Shown: positions 30,966-41,872, counted from the first letter of the stretch. The stretch is DNA of 64,000 nt from Candidatus Bathyarchaeota archaeon (GCA_963707955.1 OY970176.1:608001-672000); one strand, 5' to 3'. Notes: generated by a model not told the origin, from the sequence alone. A program made the numbers and translations.

Positions 30966-32012
30966 ATGCCCTCCATTTCAATCGACACGTTCTTCGCGTG
31001 CACATTTATGGTCTCCGTTGTGATCATAGCCACAGTCTCAGTCACGGGAACGATGGTGACCCGCATAGACAGCTGGAAGAACCTGAACGAAGAAAGCTAC
31101 CTCAAAGCAATCGCCGACAGCATACTGTCCAGCGCAGGCACGCCGTCCAACTGGGGTTCCGACCCAAACGTAAAACCTGAAGAATTCGGGCTCGCAGCAG
31201 AAAATCTTGCAAGCCCAGGTGAACTCGACTTGGACAAAGTTTGCAGATTAAACCCCCAGAACGACTTCGCCCTATCCTACATGGACATTCTTAACGCGTC
31301 AAGACTGACAGACCTTGCTATGGGAATCTCGATCTCACAGATGATGAACATCGACGTCTCGCTATTTTCAAACAGTAGCCAAGGAGACTCAACAACGTAT
31401 GTTTTCAGAATCTCAGTCAGCCAAGATTCGGGGCCAACCGCATCAACGTTGCATTGCTACGTGGTTGCAAGAGATTTCCTGCAGGACCAGTACAGTAATA
31501 CTTCAACCGACGGGACAGGTTACGCAAGCTTTCAAGTACCCAACGACTCAAATGGAGCAGCTGCGCTCGTGGTTTTCGCGAGGGCTGACCAAGATCCTAT
31601 GATGACCGCGTACACCGTTCAACTCTTCGCACATTTATCCGATGAACCCTTGCCTGACAACACTTTTCTCGATTTGAGCCCATTGAACAACACTTTGCAT
31701 CTGGCCATGAAGTTCCCCAACATGACCGTTGGAGACGGGTACGCTTTCTCATACGCTTATCAAGCTAACCTCGTCGAAGATTCAAATACATCATGCACAA
31801 TACCAGGAATCTTGGATAGCAGCCCAATCGTGCTTGTCGTAACTGGCCTAAACGGCTCGGACTTCTTCGCAGAATGGACGGCTTATCCTCAGATTCCTTT
31901 TCAAACAGGCGCCGACTTCAACGACTCAGAAAGCCATGCCTTCAGCTATCTAGTGATAATCAGAGACACGCTTTACAAACTGACCCTGAGCTTTGGAGGT
32001 GTTAACCCGTGA
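30966..32012 (+). CDS. pilus-associated secreted protein (minor pilin/adhesin-like)
   Basis: SIDTFFACTFMV N-terminal TM; GTPSNW motif. Confidence 0.7.
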   Translation: MPSISIDTFFACTFMVSVVIIATVSVTGTMVTRIDSWKNLNEESYLKAIADSILSSAGTPSNWGSDPNVKPEEFGLAAENLASPGELDLDKVCRLNPQNDFALSYMDILNASRLTDLAMGISISQMMNIDVSLFSNSSQGDSTTYVFRISVSQDSGPTASTLHCYVVARDFLQDQYSNTSTDGTGYASFQVPNDSNGAAALVVFARADQDPMMTAYTVQLFAHLSDEPLPDNTFLDLSPLNNTLHLAMKFPNMTVGDGYAFSYAYQANLVEDSNTSCTIPGILDSSPIVLVVTGLNGSDFFAEWTAYPQIPFQTGADFNDSESHAFSYLVIIRDTLYKLTLSFGGVNP

Positions 32013-32434
32013 GGCTTCTCAAAGACAACAAGGGACAAATGCGCGTCATAGAAGCCTTTTTCGCTTCGATACTTCTGTTTTCAATCTTGACCCTAGTACC
32101 GGCACCGAGAAACGCCGGAGACACGAGCGACCAGACCCTTATTTCGATGGGGCAAAATGCTCTGATGACCCTGGACAACAATGGCTACCTGTCAAGATTA
32201 ATAGAGAACCAGAGTTGGATCACGCTCAGAGAGTGCATACAATCAGCCTTTCCTCCAACCGTCTGGTTCAACCTTACAGTTTTCGACGAAAACAACACGG
32301 CTCTGAACAACATTCCTATAAGCAGCGGTAGCCCTGTCAATGAAGAAATCGTATCTCTGGACTACGTTTGCGTCAGTCAAAGCCCAAACTACAGCATCTA
32401 CCTAATTCGCTTGCAACTGGCGGTGGTGAGTTGA
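32009..32434 (+). CDS. minor pilin
   Basis: KDNKG|QMRVIEAFFASILL class III signal. Confidence 0.78.
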   Translation: MRLLKDNKGQMRVIEAFFASILLFSILTLVPAPRNAGDTSDQTLISMGQNALMTLDNNGYLSRLIENQSWITLRECIQSAFPPTVWFNLTVFDENNTALNNIPISSGSPVNEEIVSLDYVCVSQSPNYSIYLIRLQLAVVS

Positions 32435-32435
32435 C

Positions 32436-33200
32436 ATGAATGACAGGAATGGGAACCGACGGAACAGGGGCCAAGCCTTGATAATAACCGCCCTCATCAT
32501 AACCCTGATGCTGATGTCAACAGTGTACTACGTCCTTGAAACTGAGAACGAAACGATAAGCATACAGAGCACTGCAGACTCTTACTTCTCAGTCGCAAAG
32601 ATCAGCACCAGAAATACGGTCATAAGCGCGCTGGCAAACGTCTCCAACGGCGGAGACACGGAAGCTTTGACGACGAGCCTGGAAGAACTGTCCTCCATGC
32701 TGCACGCTCATTCCTACGATGCCGAGTTTGACCTTTCATTTACACCCCTGAACGCCACGCCCTACCAAGACGGAACGTGGATTTCCTCGGGAGAAGACGG
32801 TTCCGGAGTGTCAAGTGCATACGCTTCCTTCGTCATTAACGTCTTAGGGTCCTCCGAAAACTACTCCTCAACGTACGAAACGAACGTAACCACGTCCCTG
32901 TACGTCAACGGAACGTACACGGTGGAAGGCAGCGAGGAAACCGTGAACGTGACGTGCACGGTCTACGACGAAAACGGGCCGACCCTCGCGAACAGAATTG
33001 CGATATTCTATCAGAACCAGACGGATGAATCATGGTTGAGCGTTGATCAGCAAAACAACCTTACAACAGTCGACTTTGGTAACGGCACGTACGACATTTC
33101 CTTCTCAGCTTATTCTCAAGGACCAGTGAACGTTTCAGTCCAGATCAACGATCTGCGAGACATATTCGTCATGGCAAACGCAACGTGCGTTCAAGTCTAG
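32436..33200 (+). CDS. minor pilin
   Basis: RRNRG|QALIITALII class III signal. Confidence 0.78.
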   Translation: MNDRNGNRRNRGQALIITALIITLMLMSTVYYVLETENETISIQSTADSYFSVAKISTRNTVISALANVSNGGDTEALTTSLEELSSMLHAHSYDAEFDLSFTPLNATPYQDGTWISSGEDGSGVSSAYASFVINVLGSSENYSSTYETNVTTSLYVNGTYTVEGSEETVNVTCTVYDENGPTLANRIAIFYQNQTDESWLSVDQQNNLTTVDFGNGTYDISFSAYSQGPVNVSVQINDLRDIFVMANATCVQV

Positions 33201-33256
33201 ATCAGAAAGACCGCCGATTACCGCGCGCGCTAACTCGACGGTAGAAGGAGAATGCG

Positions 33257-33900
33257 AATTCTGGCTCTTCAAAATAGACAAAGAAGGAACCTAGCTGTGG
33301 AATAAAACATACGGCGAGTCAGAAAGCAAGAAAGCCCTCGCACTGGCAAAAGCAGGTGACGGGTATCTAATCGTCGGCGACACGTATCTATCCTCAGGAG
33401 CTGTCAACGCTCTAATGGTCAAGACAGATCTGGATGGGAACCGCCTATGGCAGAAGACTTTTGGTGGAGACGTATTCGACAGCCCCACCGACGTGATTCG
33501 TCTAAGTTCAGGCGGATACGCCATCACGGGGTTCACGTTCTCTTGGGGCAATGGCCAAAGAGATTTTTGGCTGTTCAAAAATGACGAGTCTGGAAACATT
33601 CTGTGGAGTTGCACCCAAGGTAGAGAAAACTTTGAAGAAACCTACTACGTTTACGAAGTTGGCGAATCAGAATTTGTCTTGATTGGATGGACAAACTCGA
33701 TTGGGAATGGTCTTTACGACGTTTACGCCGTGAAAATCAAAGTCGAACCACAAAGCAACGATTTTCTGACAAACGTCCTCCCCTACGCAGTCGGTGGGTA
33801 AGTTGCAATCGCCATTTTATCCGTGGGGTTTCTAGGGCTACGTTTCAATAGGAGGAGAAAGGTTAAGGCCGACAGGAAAACACGCAAAAAGCAGTGGGAT
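33257..33900 (+). pseudogene. fragment of a secreted beta-propeller repeat protein
   Basis: Repeats FWLFKxDxxG.xLWxKTxGG; in-frame stops at 33292 and 33799 (the latter inside the C-terminal TM); no 5' end. Confidence 0.7.
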
Positions 33901-33909
33901 CGAGATCTG

Positions 33910-34836
33910 TCAATTTGACCGTCTTACGCAGATTTCGTGGACTGTTTTTCCTGTTTCAAGAAGTTTTGACAGAAGTGTCTGCAAAGTCAAGACGAAAGCG
34001 TTGTAGTTTGTCCACAGAGCCACTGTCTTCGATTTCTTCTTGTCGGAATCCTCGCCAGACACGTCGTTCTCTTCAACCGCTATCAACAGTTCTTTCCTGT
34101 CTGAAATCATGAAGCAAGGCAAGTCTTCAGCGTCTACTATACGATAATTCTGTTGTGGCCACTTCATCTGTTCAAGGAAGAATTTGCTTTTCGGCGAGTT
34201 CTCTGTCAGCAACGTGACGTTCAATTTGCTTAAATGCTTCGCGAGTTTGTCAGTGAAGTCGCCGTGATACAACTGTGACAAATAATCGCTGGGAACGAAG
34301 ATCTGAAACTCGTTTTTTGACCTCTCCAAGAGTTCGTTGGCCTTGAGGAGTATCTGCTGCCCGCCCTCAAGGATCTGGAAGATCTGTTTCTTGACTTTTT
34401 CAACTTTCGGCTGTGGCATTGACTGCCAGATGTTGACGAGTCCCGCCTTTTCCTTTTCTAGAAGTTGAATTTTCATTTTCTCTGCTTCAATCAGAAGATC
34501 AATCGCCTTGTCCAAAGGAACCGCTGTGAACTTCAAAGGTTTTTCGAAGACTGAGAATACGATGCCCTTCTTTTCCAAGTCCCGCAGTATCCTGTAAGTC
34601 TCGGTTCTGTGAAGAGAAATAGATTCTGCGACCTCTCCTGCTTTTCTTTCCCCGAAGCGTGCAAGGTAAAGGTACACTCGGATCTCGTTCTTCAGGAGTC
34701 CATATCTTGAAAGCGTTTCCTCAATCATCATCAACTGTCCGCTGACGCCCTTGTCTCTTTTTATGAACTTCCATACCTCGCTCTTGTCGTCATAGACTCT
34801 AACGAGATCGTCGGTTTGTTCCAATGCCAATTTCAT
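33910..34836 (-). CDS. TrmB family transcriptional regulator
   Basis: YGLLKNEIRVYLYL...HRTETYRILRDLEKKGIV HTH plus C-terminal effector domain (FMISDRKELL...ALWTN). Confidence 0.88.
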   Translation of the reverse strand: MKLALEQTDDLVRVYDDKSEVWKFIKRDKGVSGQLMMIEETLSRYGLLKNEIRVYLYLARFGERKAGEVAESISLHRTETYRILRDLEKKGIVFSVFEKPLKFTAVPLDKAIDLLIEAEKMKIQLLEKEKAGLVNIWQSMPQPKVEKVKKQIFQILEGGQQILLKANELLERSKNEFQIFVPSDYLSQLYHGDFTDKLAKHLSKLNVTLLTENSPKSKFFLEQMKWPQQNYRIVDAEDLPCFMISDRKELLIAVEENDVSGEDSDKKKSKTVALWTNYNAFVLTLQTLLSKLLETGKTVHEICVRRSN

Positions 34837-34968
34837 TCAAGTGTTCTCCTGTCGGCCTTCTCGGGGGAACCGAGGCTTCCGAATTTGGATTGACTATATA
34901 TTTCATCGTTACGACTTCAAAATCTGAATTAGTAATTCAGGTTCCAGCCACGGCGACAAGACTAAATC

Positions 34969-36690
34969 CTACCTTTCAAGCGCCGACGCTGAAGCATCAG
35001 TGTAAATCTTTGAAAACCGGTTTATCAGATCCTTCTGGGAATAAACCGGAGAACTCAACCTAAACAAGTCGCCCATTCTCTCGGTCTCGACTCCTATTCC
35101 AATAACGATTATTCCTTTCTTCTGCACCGACTCGATACTTTCCTTCAAGGCATCCGACATGTTCTCATAGCCGTAAGGCCAACCGTCAGAAATGACGATT
35201 AGGAATCGTTGTTCGTCATACCTTTTTGTCAATATCTGACCGCCAACTTGGATAGCGTCAGGCATGTACGTCAGTCCCTCAAACCTGAGCCCGCCGATTC
35301 TAGCCCTTACCTTCTGAGTGTAAGCTTCTGAAGCATCTTTCAACACGTAGAAACGGTCACTAAAAGCAGACAGTGTCCAAGAACCAGGATCCATTAAGAG
35401 CTCCTTCGTAGCTTCTGCCACAACTATCGCGAGCGCTCTGGCGAAATCGGCCTTCAGTTTCATGCTTGCGCTCGCATCAAACAGTATGGACCAAGCAAAA
35501 CTCTTGCTTAAATATTCGTCTTTAAAGAAGACGTCTGTGGCCGGCTTTTTGCTCAAGATTGCCTGAATGACCGAAGTGAGATCCAGCTGACCCATTTCTT
35601 TTCCAGGGTCCTCGTCCAACGCGTCCTGAGCAACCCTCAGACTGTCCAAGAGTCGTCGACTTCCCCCCGCTAGCAGAGTTCGTGTCCTCAGATACTGCGT
35701 GTAATCTTCCTCGGGAAAACTGATGGACTTGAAGTTTGTTCCTGCCGCGTACGGATTGAGTTTCAGCAGGATCTTTTCCTCTCGATCTCTCTCGTGAACC
35801 TCTGAATCAAAAGCCTGCAAGGCTTCAATGTCCGTTTCTTTCTTCCAATACGATTCCATCGATCCCTCCACGGGATGCGTGCAGCCGAGATTCTCAAGAG
35901 ATTTTCTGAATATGCTTTCCGTCTCAGTTTCAGATGGCATTTCACGATTGAGAAAGACGCTGCACGGGCCTATGTTTTCAGTGTAGGGCAGCGAGGGAGC
36001 CTCGAGAAAAGGACCATATGGCTCTAGCTCTTCGGCGATGTTCTGAGCAGCTTCAGTCATTGCTGCTGTAAGATCAATCTGCTTGTCTGAAAATGAAGTG
36101 AATATGGTTTTTTTCAATGCGCCGAGAATCATGTTGAGGCGATTCAGTGTCTTCTTCTCGTCAAATGAAACATCGCCCTTAACGATTCCTATGCTGAATC
36201 TAGCCAAAAGAGCAGCCATTATCTTCGTCGCGGGACTGAAAATTCTTTCAACAGACTTCATTCTAGCAAATGCGAGTGAATTGGCATAGGCAAGGTCAGG
36301 CAGTCTGTCTGGATAGAGTGCAGAGATGTACGCGTTCACGAAGAGATCGCCAACAATAGATTCTGAGAAGCAATCCAGAATTGGCCCGTTCGATGCGAGT
36401 AGCGCTATTTTTCCGCTGGATATTGGGGCCAAAGTGTGCGTCGTCAAGTGAAAAGCAGAGGCCCTGAACAGACGTCCAACCTTGGTTTTTCCCAGTTGGT
36501 CTCTTGGGAATTCGTAGTTCAGAAAGGACATCTTCTCTTCGTCGATTATGCGTGGCACTGGTAGGTTGATTGTGAACCCTGCCGTGTCCAACGTGAACCT
36601 GGGCTGTTCAAGGCTTGTGTCCATGTGAAGTCTTACTTTCAGATCATCTTTTTGAACAGACAGAGTCCAGGCGTATTCTTGGAAACCCAT
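34969..36690 (-). CDS. vWA-domain protein (NorD/CbbO-like)
   Basis: C-terminal MIDAS: LFDASASM, GLTYMPDA, VISDGWP. Confidence 0.85.
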   Translation of the reverse strand: MGFQEYAWTLSVQKDDLKVRLHMDTSLEQPRFTLDTAGFTINLPVPRIIDEEKMSFLNYEFPRDQLGKTKVGRLFRASAFHLTTHTLAPISSGKIALLASNGPILDCFSESIVGDLFVNAYISALYPDRLPDLAYANSLAFARMKSVERIFSPATKIMAALLARFSIGIVKGDVSFDEKKTLNRLNMILGALKKTIFTSFSDKQIDLTAAMTEAAQNIAEELEPYGPFLEAPSLPYTENIGPCSVFLNREMPSETETESIFRKSLENLGCTHPVEGSMESYWKKETDIEALQAFDSEVHERDREEKILLKLNPYAAGTNFKSISFPEEDYTQYLRTRTLLAGGSRRLLDSLRVAQDALDEDPGKEMGQLDLTSVIQAILSKKPATDVFFKDEYLSKSFAWSILFDASASMKLKADFARALAIVVAEATKELLMDPGSWTLSAFSDRFYVLKDASEAYTQKVRARIGGLRFEGLTYMPDAIQVGGQILTKRYDEQRFLIVISDGWPYGYENMSDALKESIESVQKKGIIVIGIGVETERMGDLFRLSSPVYSQKDLINRFSKIYTDASASALER

Positions 36691-36722
36691 AAGCAGATCA
36701 CTAATGTTTCCATTCCCTCAAG

Positions 36723-37748
36723 TCACTGAGACCTAGGAAAGACCGATTCAATGATCCTTCTGACATCGTTCTGAACCTCAACGTTGTCGCTCGTCAAGGC
36801 GATTATCGTCTCTTCAGCAGCAACGTTAGCCGTGTTCCCATCGTGCATTATCGTGGCCCAGTTTATCAGGTCACCGAGAGACGGGCCGTACGGGAGATCG
36901 CCTGCTTTGTATTGTCTTCGCAGTTCAGCACCCACTTGGACAACTTTGTAAGCAATGTCTTCATCAACCTTGGCTCTTTTCATGAGCATCTTCACCTCAA
37001 GAGGGGATATTTTTTCACCTACACTGGTATAATCAAAGTTTATCCAAACTGCCATTCTCCGTCTCATGGCAGCGTTCAAAGGTTTGGTTCCCGCGAACTC
37101 GGCTGAGTATGGGTTCATGCTGATGATCAAGTACCCGTATTTATGCCTCTCAATCACCTCGTTGTCTTTCTCGTTCAGAACGAGGTGACCTCTCGTGTCG
37201 AGCACCGGGTTAAGCCTCGTAGCAACATCCTGTTTCATCATGTTTGCCTCGTCAAGGTACATTATTCCGCCGAGTCTAAGCCACTGTGTGAGTAATCCGT
37301 CAATCCAGTTCTCCTTTCCTAAACCAATGAAGCGTCCAATTAGGTCATAAGAGGACGTTTGGAGACCGCAGTTCACTTCCCATATGGGCAACCCGCAGAG
37401 TTCGGCGACGAGGTAGACTATGTGTGTCTTGCCGGTTCCTGAGGGTCCGATTAAGGAACATTGTTTAAAGTAGTAAAGTGCACGCACTATGCGTTCCACG
37501 TAGTGTTGCCCACTGTCAATGAATTCGGGAGTATTCTTGGGAATCATGTCGTCCAGATGTTGGAAACTGTAATTCGGATGAAGATCGTACCTTTGAATCT
37601 CGTACTTGTCATAAAGCGGAGACTTGGACATCGAACGCTCCTTGTTCAGAGACACTGTAACTCTGAACCTGTCACGCCTGAGAGACGTTACCTCTTGTTC
37701 TCTACTGGCTTCTGCCTCGTCCTTTAGGCCCTGATGTCCATAACTCAA
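36723..37748 (-). CDS. MoxR-type AAA+ ATPase (CbbQ/NirQ/NorQ family)
   Basis: GPSGTGKT, DLIGRF, YLDEAN, SMNP, LNAAMRRR; start uncertain (37748 TTG or 37631 ATG). Confidence 0.88.
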   Translation of the reverse strand: MSYGHQGLKDEAEASREQEVTSLRRDRFRVTVSLNKERSMSKSPLYDKYEIQRYDLHPNYSFQHLDDMIPKNTPEFIDSGQHYVERIVRALYYFKQCSLIGPSGTGKTHIVYLVAELCGLPIWEVNCGLQTSSYDLIGRFIGLGKENWIDGLLTQWLRLGGIMYLDEANMMKQDVATRLNPVLDTRGHLVLNEKDNEVIERHKYGYLIISMNPYSAEFAGTKPLNAAMRRRMAVWINFDYTSVGEKISPLEVKMLMKRAKVDEDIAYKVVQVGAELRRQYKAGDLPYGPSLGDLINWATIMHDGNTANVAAEETIIALTSDNVEVQNDVRRIIESVFPRSQ

Positions 37749-37946
37749 GAGAAGGTCGCCCTTGCAATAGTATAGATTTGGGAACAAGATATAAATATTA
37801 CGTATTAAGACTTGCGATAGTCTCTCCTATTGCAAACACGTTTTTGCATCAAAGCATGTTGGACGCCTAAATAATGAGTGTGTGTCACAGTCTTCAACAT
37901 ACAAGTACTTTTCTTTTCCAAGCGTGCTAAGCATCGTTTGACCAAC

Positions 37947-38477
37947 ATGAGCGAAGGAACTAGCACTGCTGAGCAAGAATTGGGCGTTCAGATCAAAGCA
38001 GACGCTAAATCAGGCAAGAAGCCCCAAGTCTCCATCCAAGACTTAGTTGACTCGCTCAAGAGCGTGCAAGATGACATTGGCCAAATCAGTGAACTGACAT
38101 CTGAAGAAGAACTGCTAACCGCCGAGTTCTTCGCTTCACTCTTAAGACTCATGCGGCCGTTTACTTCATCAATACAGGTCTCAACCTCTATTCTCCCAGA
38201 AGAAATGGGAACGGTTGCTCAAGCAAGCCTCGATGAGACGGGCCAACTTACTCTGTTGTACGAGGATGGACGAATGGAACTGAAGAACCTGAGTGAACAG
38301 AGATATCGTGACCTGATGATCACTGTCATCGAAGACGTAATGCCAAAATTCAAACAGCTGACTGGCGCTCAGAAACGAAAAGTCGAGAGCAGAATCAAAT
38401 TCCTATCTGCAATCACGAAAGAGATGCAGAAAATATCCAAAGTGCTCTTGCCTACGTCGTCAGGATCGCAGAAATGA
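37947..38477 (+). CDS. hypothetical coiled-coil protein
   Basis: Long ORF divergent from the AAA gene; helical heptad pattern. Confidence 0.7.
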   Translation: MSEGTSTAEQELGVQIKADAKSGKKPQVSIQDLVDSLKSVQDDIGQISELTSEEELLTAEFFASLLRLMRPFTSSIQVSTSILPEEMGTVAQASLDETGQLTLLYEDGRMELKNLSEQRYRDLMITVIEDVMPKFKQLTGAQKRKVESRIKFLSAITKEMQKISKVLLPTSSGSQK

Positions 38478-38783
38478 AGCCTCATTGTTCGCGATTCAAG
38501 AATGAAATCATTGTTAATCAACCTTTTCTTCTATCGAATTTTCATCGAACTTCAACGGCCCCGTGCTCAAGAATAGATAGGCCTTCTGGCGAGAACTATG
38601 AGCGAGCTGTTTCGAGTGTCAAATCCGTACGTAGCAAATATGATATACAAATTCTATTATGGCAAGAAGCATCTCATTTCTCATGGAGAAGCAGTGCAAG
38701 ACTTAGAAGCAGCCATCCTGTCGAGTCGCACCCTCGGGAAATTCAGGCTGGCTGCATGAGAAGCACTAGTGAGGTGTAACGTG

Positions 38784-39356
38784 ATGGGAACAGAGATCAG
38801 AACATTCAGCACTCTGAAGGAAATGAATGATTACGTGACAGACCAGATCAGTCAGTACCGAGCCTTGTTCGAAGACTACAGTCAATGGCTCGGCTCCTTG
38901 CTTCGCAGTTGCGAGGACAACTGTAAGAGTGAAGAGTGGTATCAGAAATCTGCGGCCATGCAAAAGAACCTTCGAGCAGGTCCGAAGAAGATGACAGAAG
39001 CTCAAAACGGTAGGAAAGGTGGAGGTGGAAAAGGCAAGAACTCTACAGATTCTTGCTGGGTTCATTCCGGAGACATACTGCTCTGTTCGACTGAGCAAGG
39101 TCAGGCTGAAATTCTCTTTGAAGCCGTTGAGCAGATCGGCATTGCAATCCAGGGTTTAGAGAAGTTCAAGGCTGGAATCCAGCAGCTTGAACGAATTGGA
39201 TTTGGAAAGAACGTCAACTACATAACCCTGATCAAAGATGACATCCCAACTAAAATAGTCGTCCGGGAAAAGAGCAACACTCAAGGCAACGAAAGCTTCA
39301 GTTTTGCGACGGACATTTCGGTTTCAGCCTTGTTCAGCGAGGTAGACGCGGAATAA
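38784..39356 (+). CDS. hypothetical protein
   Basis: ATG after GAGGTG SD; helical N-terminus, Gly/Lys linker. Confidence 0.7.
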   Translation: MGTEIRTFSTLKEMNDYVTDQISQYRALFEDYSQWLGSLLRSCEDNCKSEEWYQKSAAMQKNLRAGPKKMTEAQNGRKGGGGKGKNSTDSCWVHSGDILLCSTEQGQAEILFEAVEQIGIAIQGLEKFKAGIQQLERIGFGKNVNYITLIKDDIPTKIVVREKSNTQGNESFSFATDISVSALFSEVDAE

Positions 39357-39482
39357 GACAAACGCTTGGACTATTTGCCGTTGAAAGCACAGGTACATCT
39401 GGAAAAGTTATATACGAAGAACAGCTGAAAAAGTGTAGGGGAATTAACCATCTGCCCGAAATATTCTGTTTCCGGCGTAATA

Positions 39483-39959
39483 GTGACAATTCGCCTGGAT
39501 AGTGTACAAGCAGAAAGAACAGCTCAGCGTGTCTCATCTGAAGAACTCTTTTTCGATATCAACGCGAAACTTGAGGAACAGAAGAAGGGCAGTGATCAAG
39601 CCGTGCTGTCTTTTGAGCTTACCATAACGACGAAGCCCAATGTCGTGAAGTACACTGTGATGGGCACTGTCACTTTGGAAGGCAGCACGCTGGACATTAA
39701 GAAAAGACTGGAAGTAAACCCCAAGACCAAGATTCCCCAAATTCTGTTCACAGTCTACCAGCACGTTTTCAGCTCCATCTACATACTCTCCTCGATACTG
39801 AACACGCCTTATCCGCCCCCGGATCTTCTTCATCCCATGCAAGAAAAGATTCAGATCCTCCCTGCAACCAGCAAGAATGAAGACATGCAAGCGGCGAAAG
39901 TGCAGGAGACGCCCGCGGAGAAGCCACCTGCGCAGACAACGACCGCTCCCCCCGCATAA
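39483..39959 (+). CDS. hypothetical protein, possibly SecB-like fold
   Basis: Four beta-strand pattern, then an amphipathic helix ending LNTPYPPP. Confidence 0.6.
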   Translation: MTIRLDSVQAERTAQRVSSEELFFDINAKLEEQKKGSDQAVLSFELTITTKPNVVKYTVMGTVTLEGSTLDIKKRLEVNPKTKIPQILFTVYQHVFSSIYILSSILNTPYPPPDLLHPMQEKIQILPATSKNEDMQAAKVQETPAEKPPAQTTTAPPA

Positions 39960-40141
39960 ACGTGGAAAAGAGTTTTGACTCATGAAGAGAAGGGCAGGAC
40001 AAACTTAGTTCTGGTTTTGATTGAGAATTCATAACTGATTTATTCGGCGAGCACTCAGCGTTAGCCAAGAGGAACCTTGTTGCAAGCGCACTCCGAGTTA
40101 ACGTGCAGAGACAAGAGACGTTCCTTTGAAGATGATGATGA

Positions 40142-41440
40142 TTGAGAATTGCCTTCTTCGTTTGGGAATATCCTCCGGCGCTCGTCGGTGGACTAGGCAC
40201 CTACGCAGAGTACATAACTCGCGAATATGTTTCTATGGGCAACGACGTGACTGTTTTCACCCTCAACCCTGGAAACCTGAAAACGAGAGAGATCATGAAG
40301 GGCGTTGAAGTTCATCGGCCTTTGGTTGCAGATGCGAGTAACGTGTTTCCAATGTTTGTCGTTGACGACTTGAAGAAATGGGGCACAAACATCCGCTTGT
40401 TTAACAACATATTCATCTACAACGTCCTCAGTGCTTCAAAATTCATCAATAGCATGTTGAAAAAAGAAGGGTTGAACTACGATGTCGTCTGCGTTCACGA
40501 CTGGTTAAGCAGCGTTTCAGGATTAATGGTCAAGAACGAAACACAGATACCCGTTGCTTTCCATGTCCACAGCACAGAATGGGGAAGAACCGGGGGACCT
40601 GGCTCAGAAGTGGTATCTCACCTCGAGTGGGCTACATCAGAAAAAGTCGACAAAATAGTGACCGTGAGCCACGCAATGCAGGAAGACCTCGCAAGACATG
40701 GATGGCCAAAATCAAAGATAAGCGTCGTTTGGAACGGTGTAGACCCCGACGAGTACAGCGCGAGCAAGTGCGAACCAGTGGAAGTCGAAGAAATACGCAG
40801 AAAATACGACATAAAACCCGAAGAAAAAATGATCCTTTTCCTGGGAAGACTGACGTGGGTAAAAGGGGTCACGAACCTGGTTCAGGCGATGCCCACCGTG
40901 TTGAGCGAATATCCAAGCGCGAAGCTGGTGATCCTAGGTAAAGGCGAGCAACAGAACGACATACTTGAAACTGCCAGCAGACTCGGAATAAGTGAACGCG
41001 TGGCCTGTCGATTCGAATTCGTTCCTGAAAGGGAGCGCATTCTGCATTACGCCGCTTCAGACGTGTGCATCTTTCCATCGGTCTACGAACCTTTCGGAAT
41101 AGTAAGCTTGGAAGCCATGTCTATGGGCAAACCCATAATCGTCGGAGCTCAAGGCGTAGTGGGATTCAGAGAACAGGTTGTCCCCTTCGGACCAGATCAG
41201 AACGGTGTCCACGTCAACGGTGGAAGTGCAGCTGACATCGCATGGGGAATCAAAGAGGTTCTCTGCGATTCCAACAGGGCCAAGAGATGGGGAGAGAACG
41301 GCAGAAAAAGAGTTCTTCAGTATTTCACGTGGAGAGAAGCCGCAAAACAGACACTGCAGATCTATGAAACTCTTAAACATCCAGAAGAGCAGCAGGAACT
41401 CAGAGTTCTAGACATGGTCGAAAAACTGTCAAAATCGTAA
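40142..41440 (+). CDS. GT4 family glycosyltransferase (glycogen-synthase-like)
   Basis: WEYPP...GGLG, HDW, HSTEWGR, FLGRL...KG, PSVYEPFGIVSLEAM. Confidence 0.92.
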   Translation: MRIAFFVWEYPPALVGGLGTYAEYITREYVSMGNDVTVFTLNPGNLKTREIMKGVEVHRPLVADASNVFPMFVVDDLKKWGTNIRLFNNIFIYNVLSASKFINSMLKKEGLNYDVVCVHDWLSSVSGLMVKNETQIPVAFHVHSTEWGRTGGPGSEVVSHLEWATSEKVDKIVTVSHAMQEDLARHGWPKSKISVVWNGVDPDEYSASKCEPVEVEEIRRKYDIKPEEKMILFLGRLTWVKGVTNLVQAMPTVLSEYPSAKLVILGKGEQQNDILETASRLGISERVACRFEFVPERERILHYAASDVCIFPSVYEPFGIVSLEAMSMGKPIIVGAQGVVGFREQVVPFGPDQNGVHVNGGSAADIAWGIKEVLCDSNRAKRWGENGRKRVLQYFTWREAAKQTLQIYETLKHPEEQQELRVLDMVEKLSKS

Positions 41441-41497
41441 CACGAACAACTAATGTTTTGTGGTGCACGCCCAAGAAACAGACTCTTTGTTGGCCGT

Positions 41498-41872
41498 CTA
41501 GAATCCGACCATTTTTAGAACGAAAGTCAAGAGCACGTGAACGGCCGCTGCAATACCGAATATGATTAGTACGAGCTTGGGAGAAATCGTGGCAGAGGAG
41601 GACTCTTCGGCCTTTGGTTGGATCTCGTATCCTCTGATTTCATGAGACGTTGAGTCCACTCGGACGACTGCTGAAAACTTTCTCATTTCCACTTCGACAA
41701 CGTACGAGTTTTCTTCGAGTGTGACTCTCTTGGGTTTGAGACCGCTTTTGTTTCCGATCCTCTTGAGAAAGCTGAGCGCTATGTTGGTCACGTTCTCGGC
41801 GTTCAGTGCTTTCGCTTGAGCAGAAGCAGATATGATGGGTCTGATATTCCTGTTCTCCAGCGTTTCGGCCAA
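41498..41872 (-). CDS. PepSY-like protein with C-terminal TM helix
   Basis: IALSFL...YVVEV...VRVDSTSHEIRGY pattern plus hydrophobic tail. Confidence 0.55.
   Translation of the reverse strand: MAETLENRNIRPIISASAQAKALNAENVTNIALSFLKRIGNKSGLKPKRVTLEENSYVVEVEMRKFSAVVRVDSTSHEIRGYEIQPKAEESSSATISPKLVLIIFGIAAAVHVLLTFVLKMVGF

Noticed and set aside
24241-33200. Archaellum locus
   Set aside because: No recognisable ArlH, ArlF/G or chemotaxis genes, and minor pilins are present, so a pilus is more likely (not excluded without HMMs)
36723-37748. Gas vesicle GvpN
   Set aside because: No gvpA/J/K-like genes nearby; the partner is a vWA protein as in the CbbQ/NorQ systems
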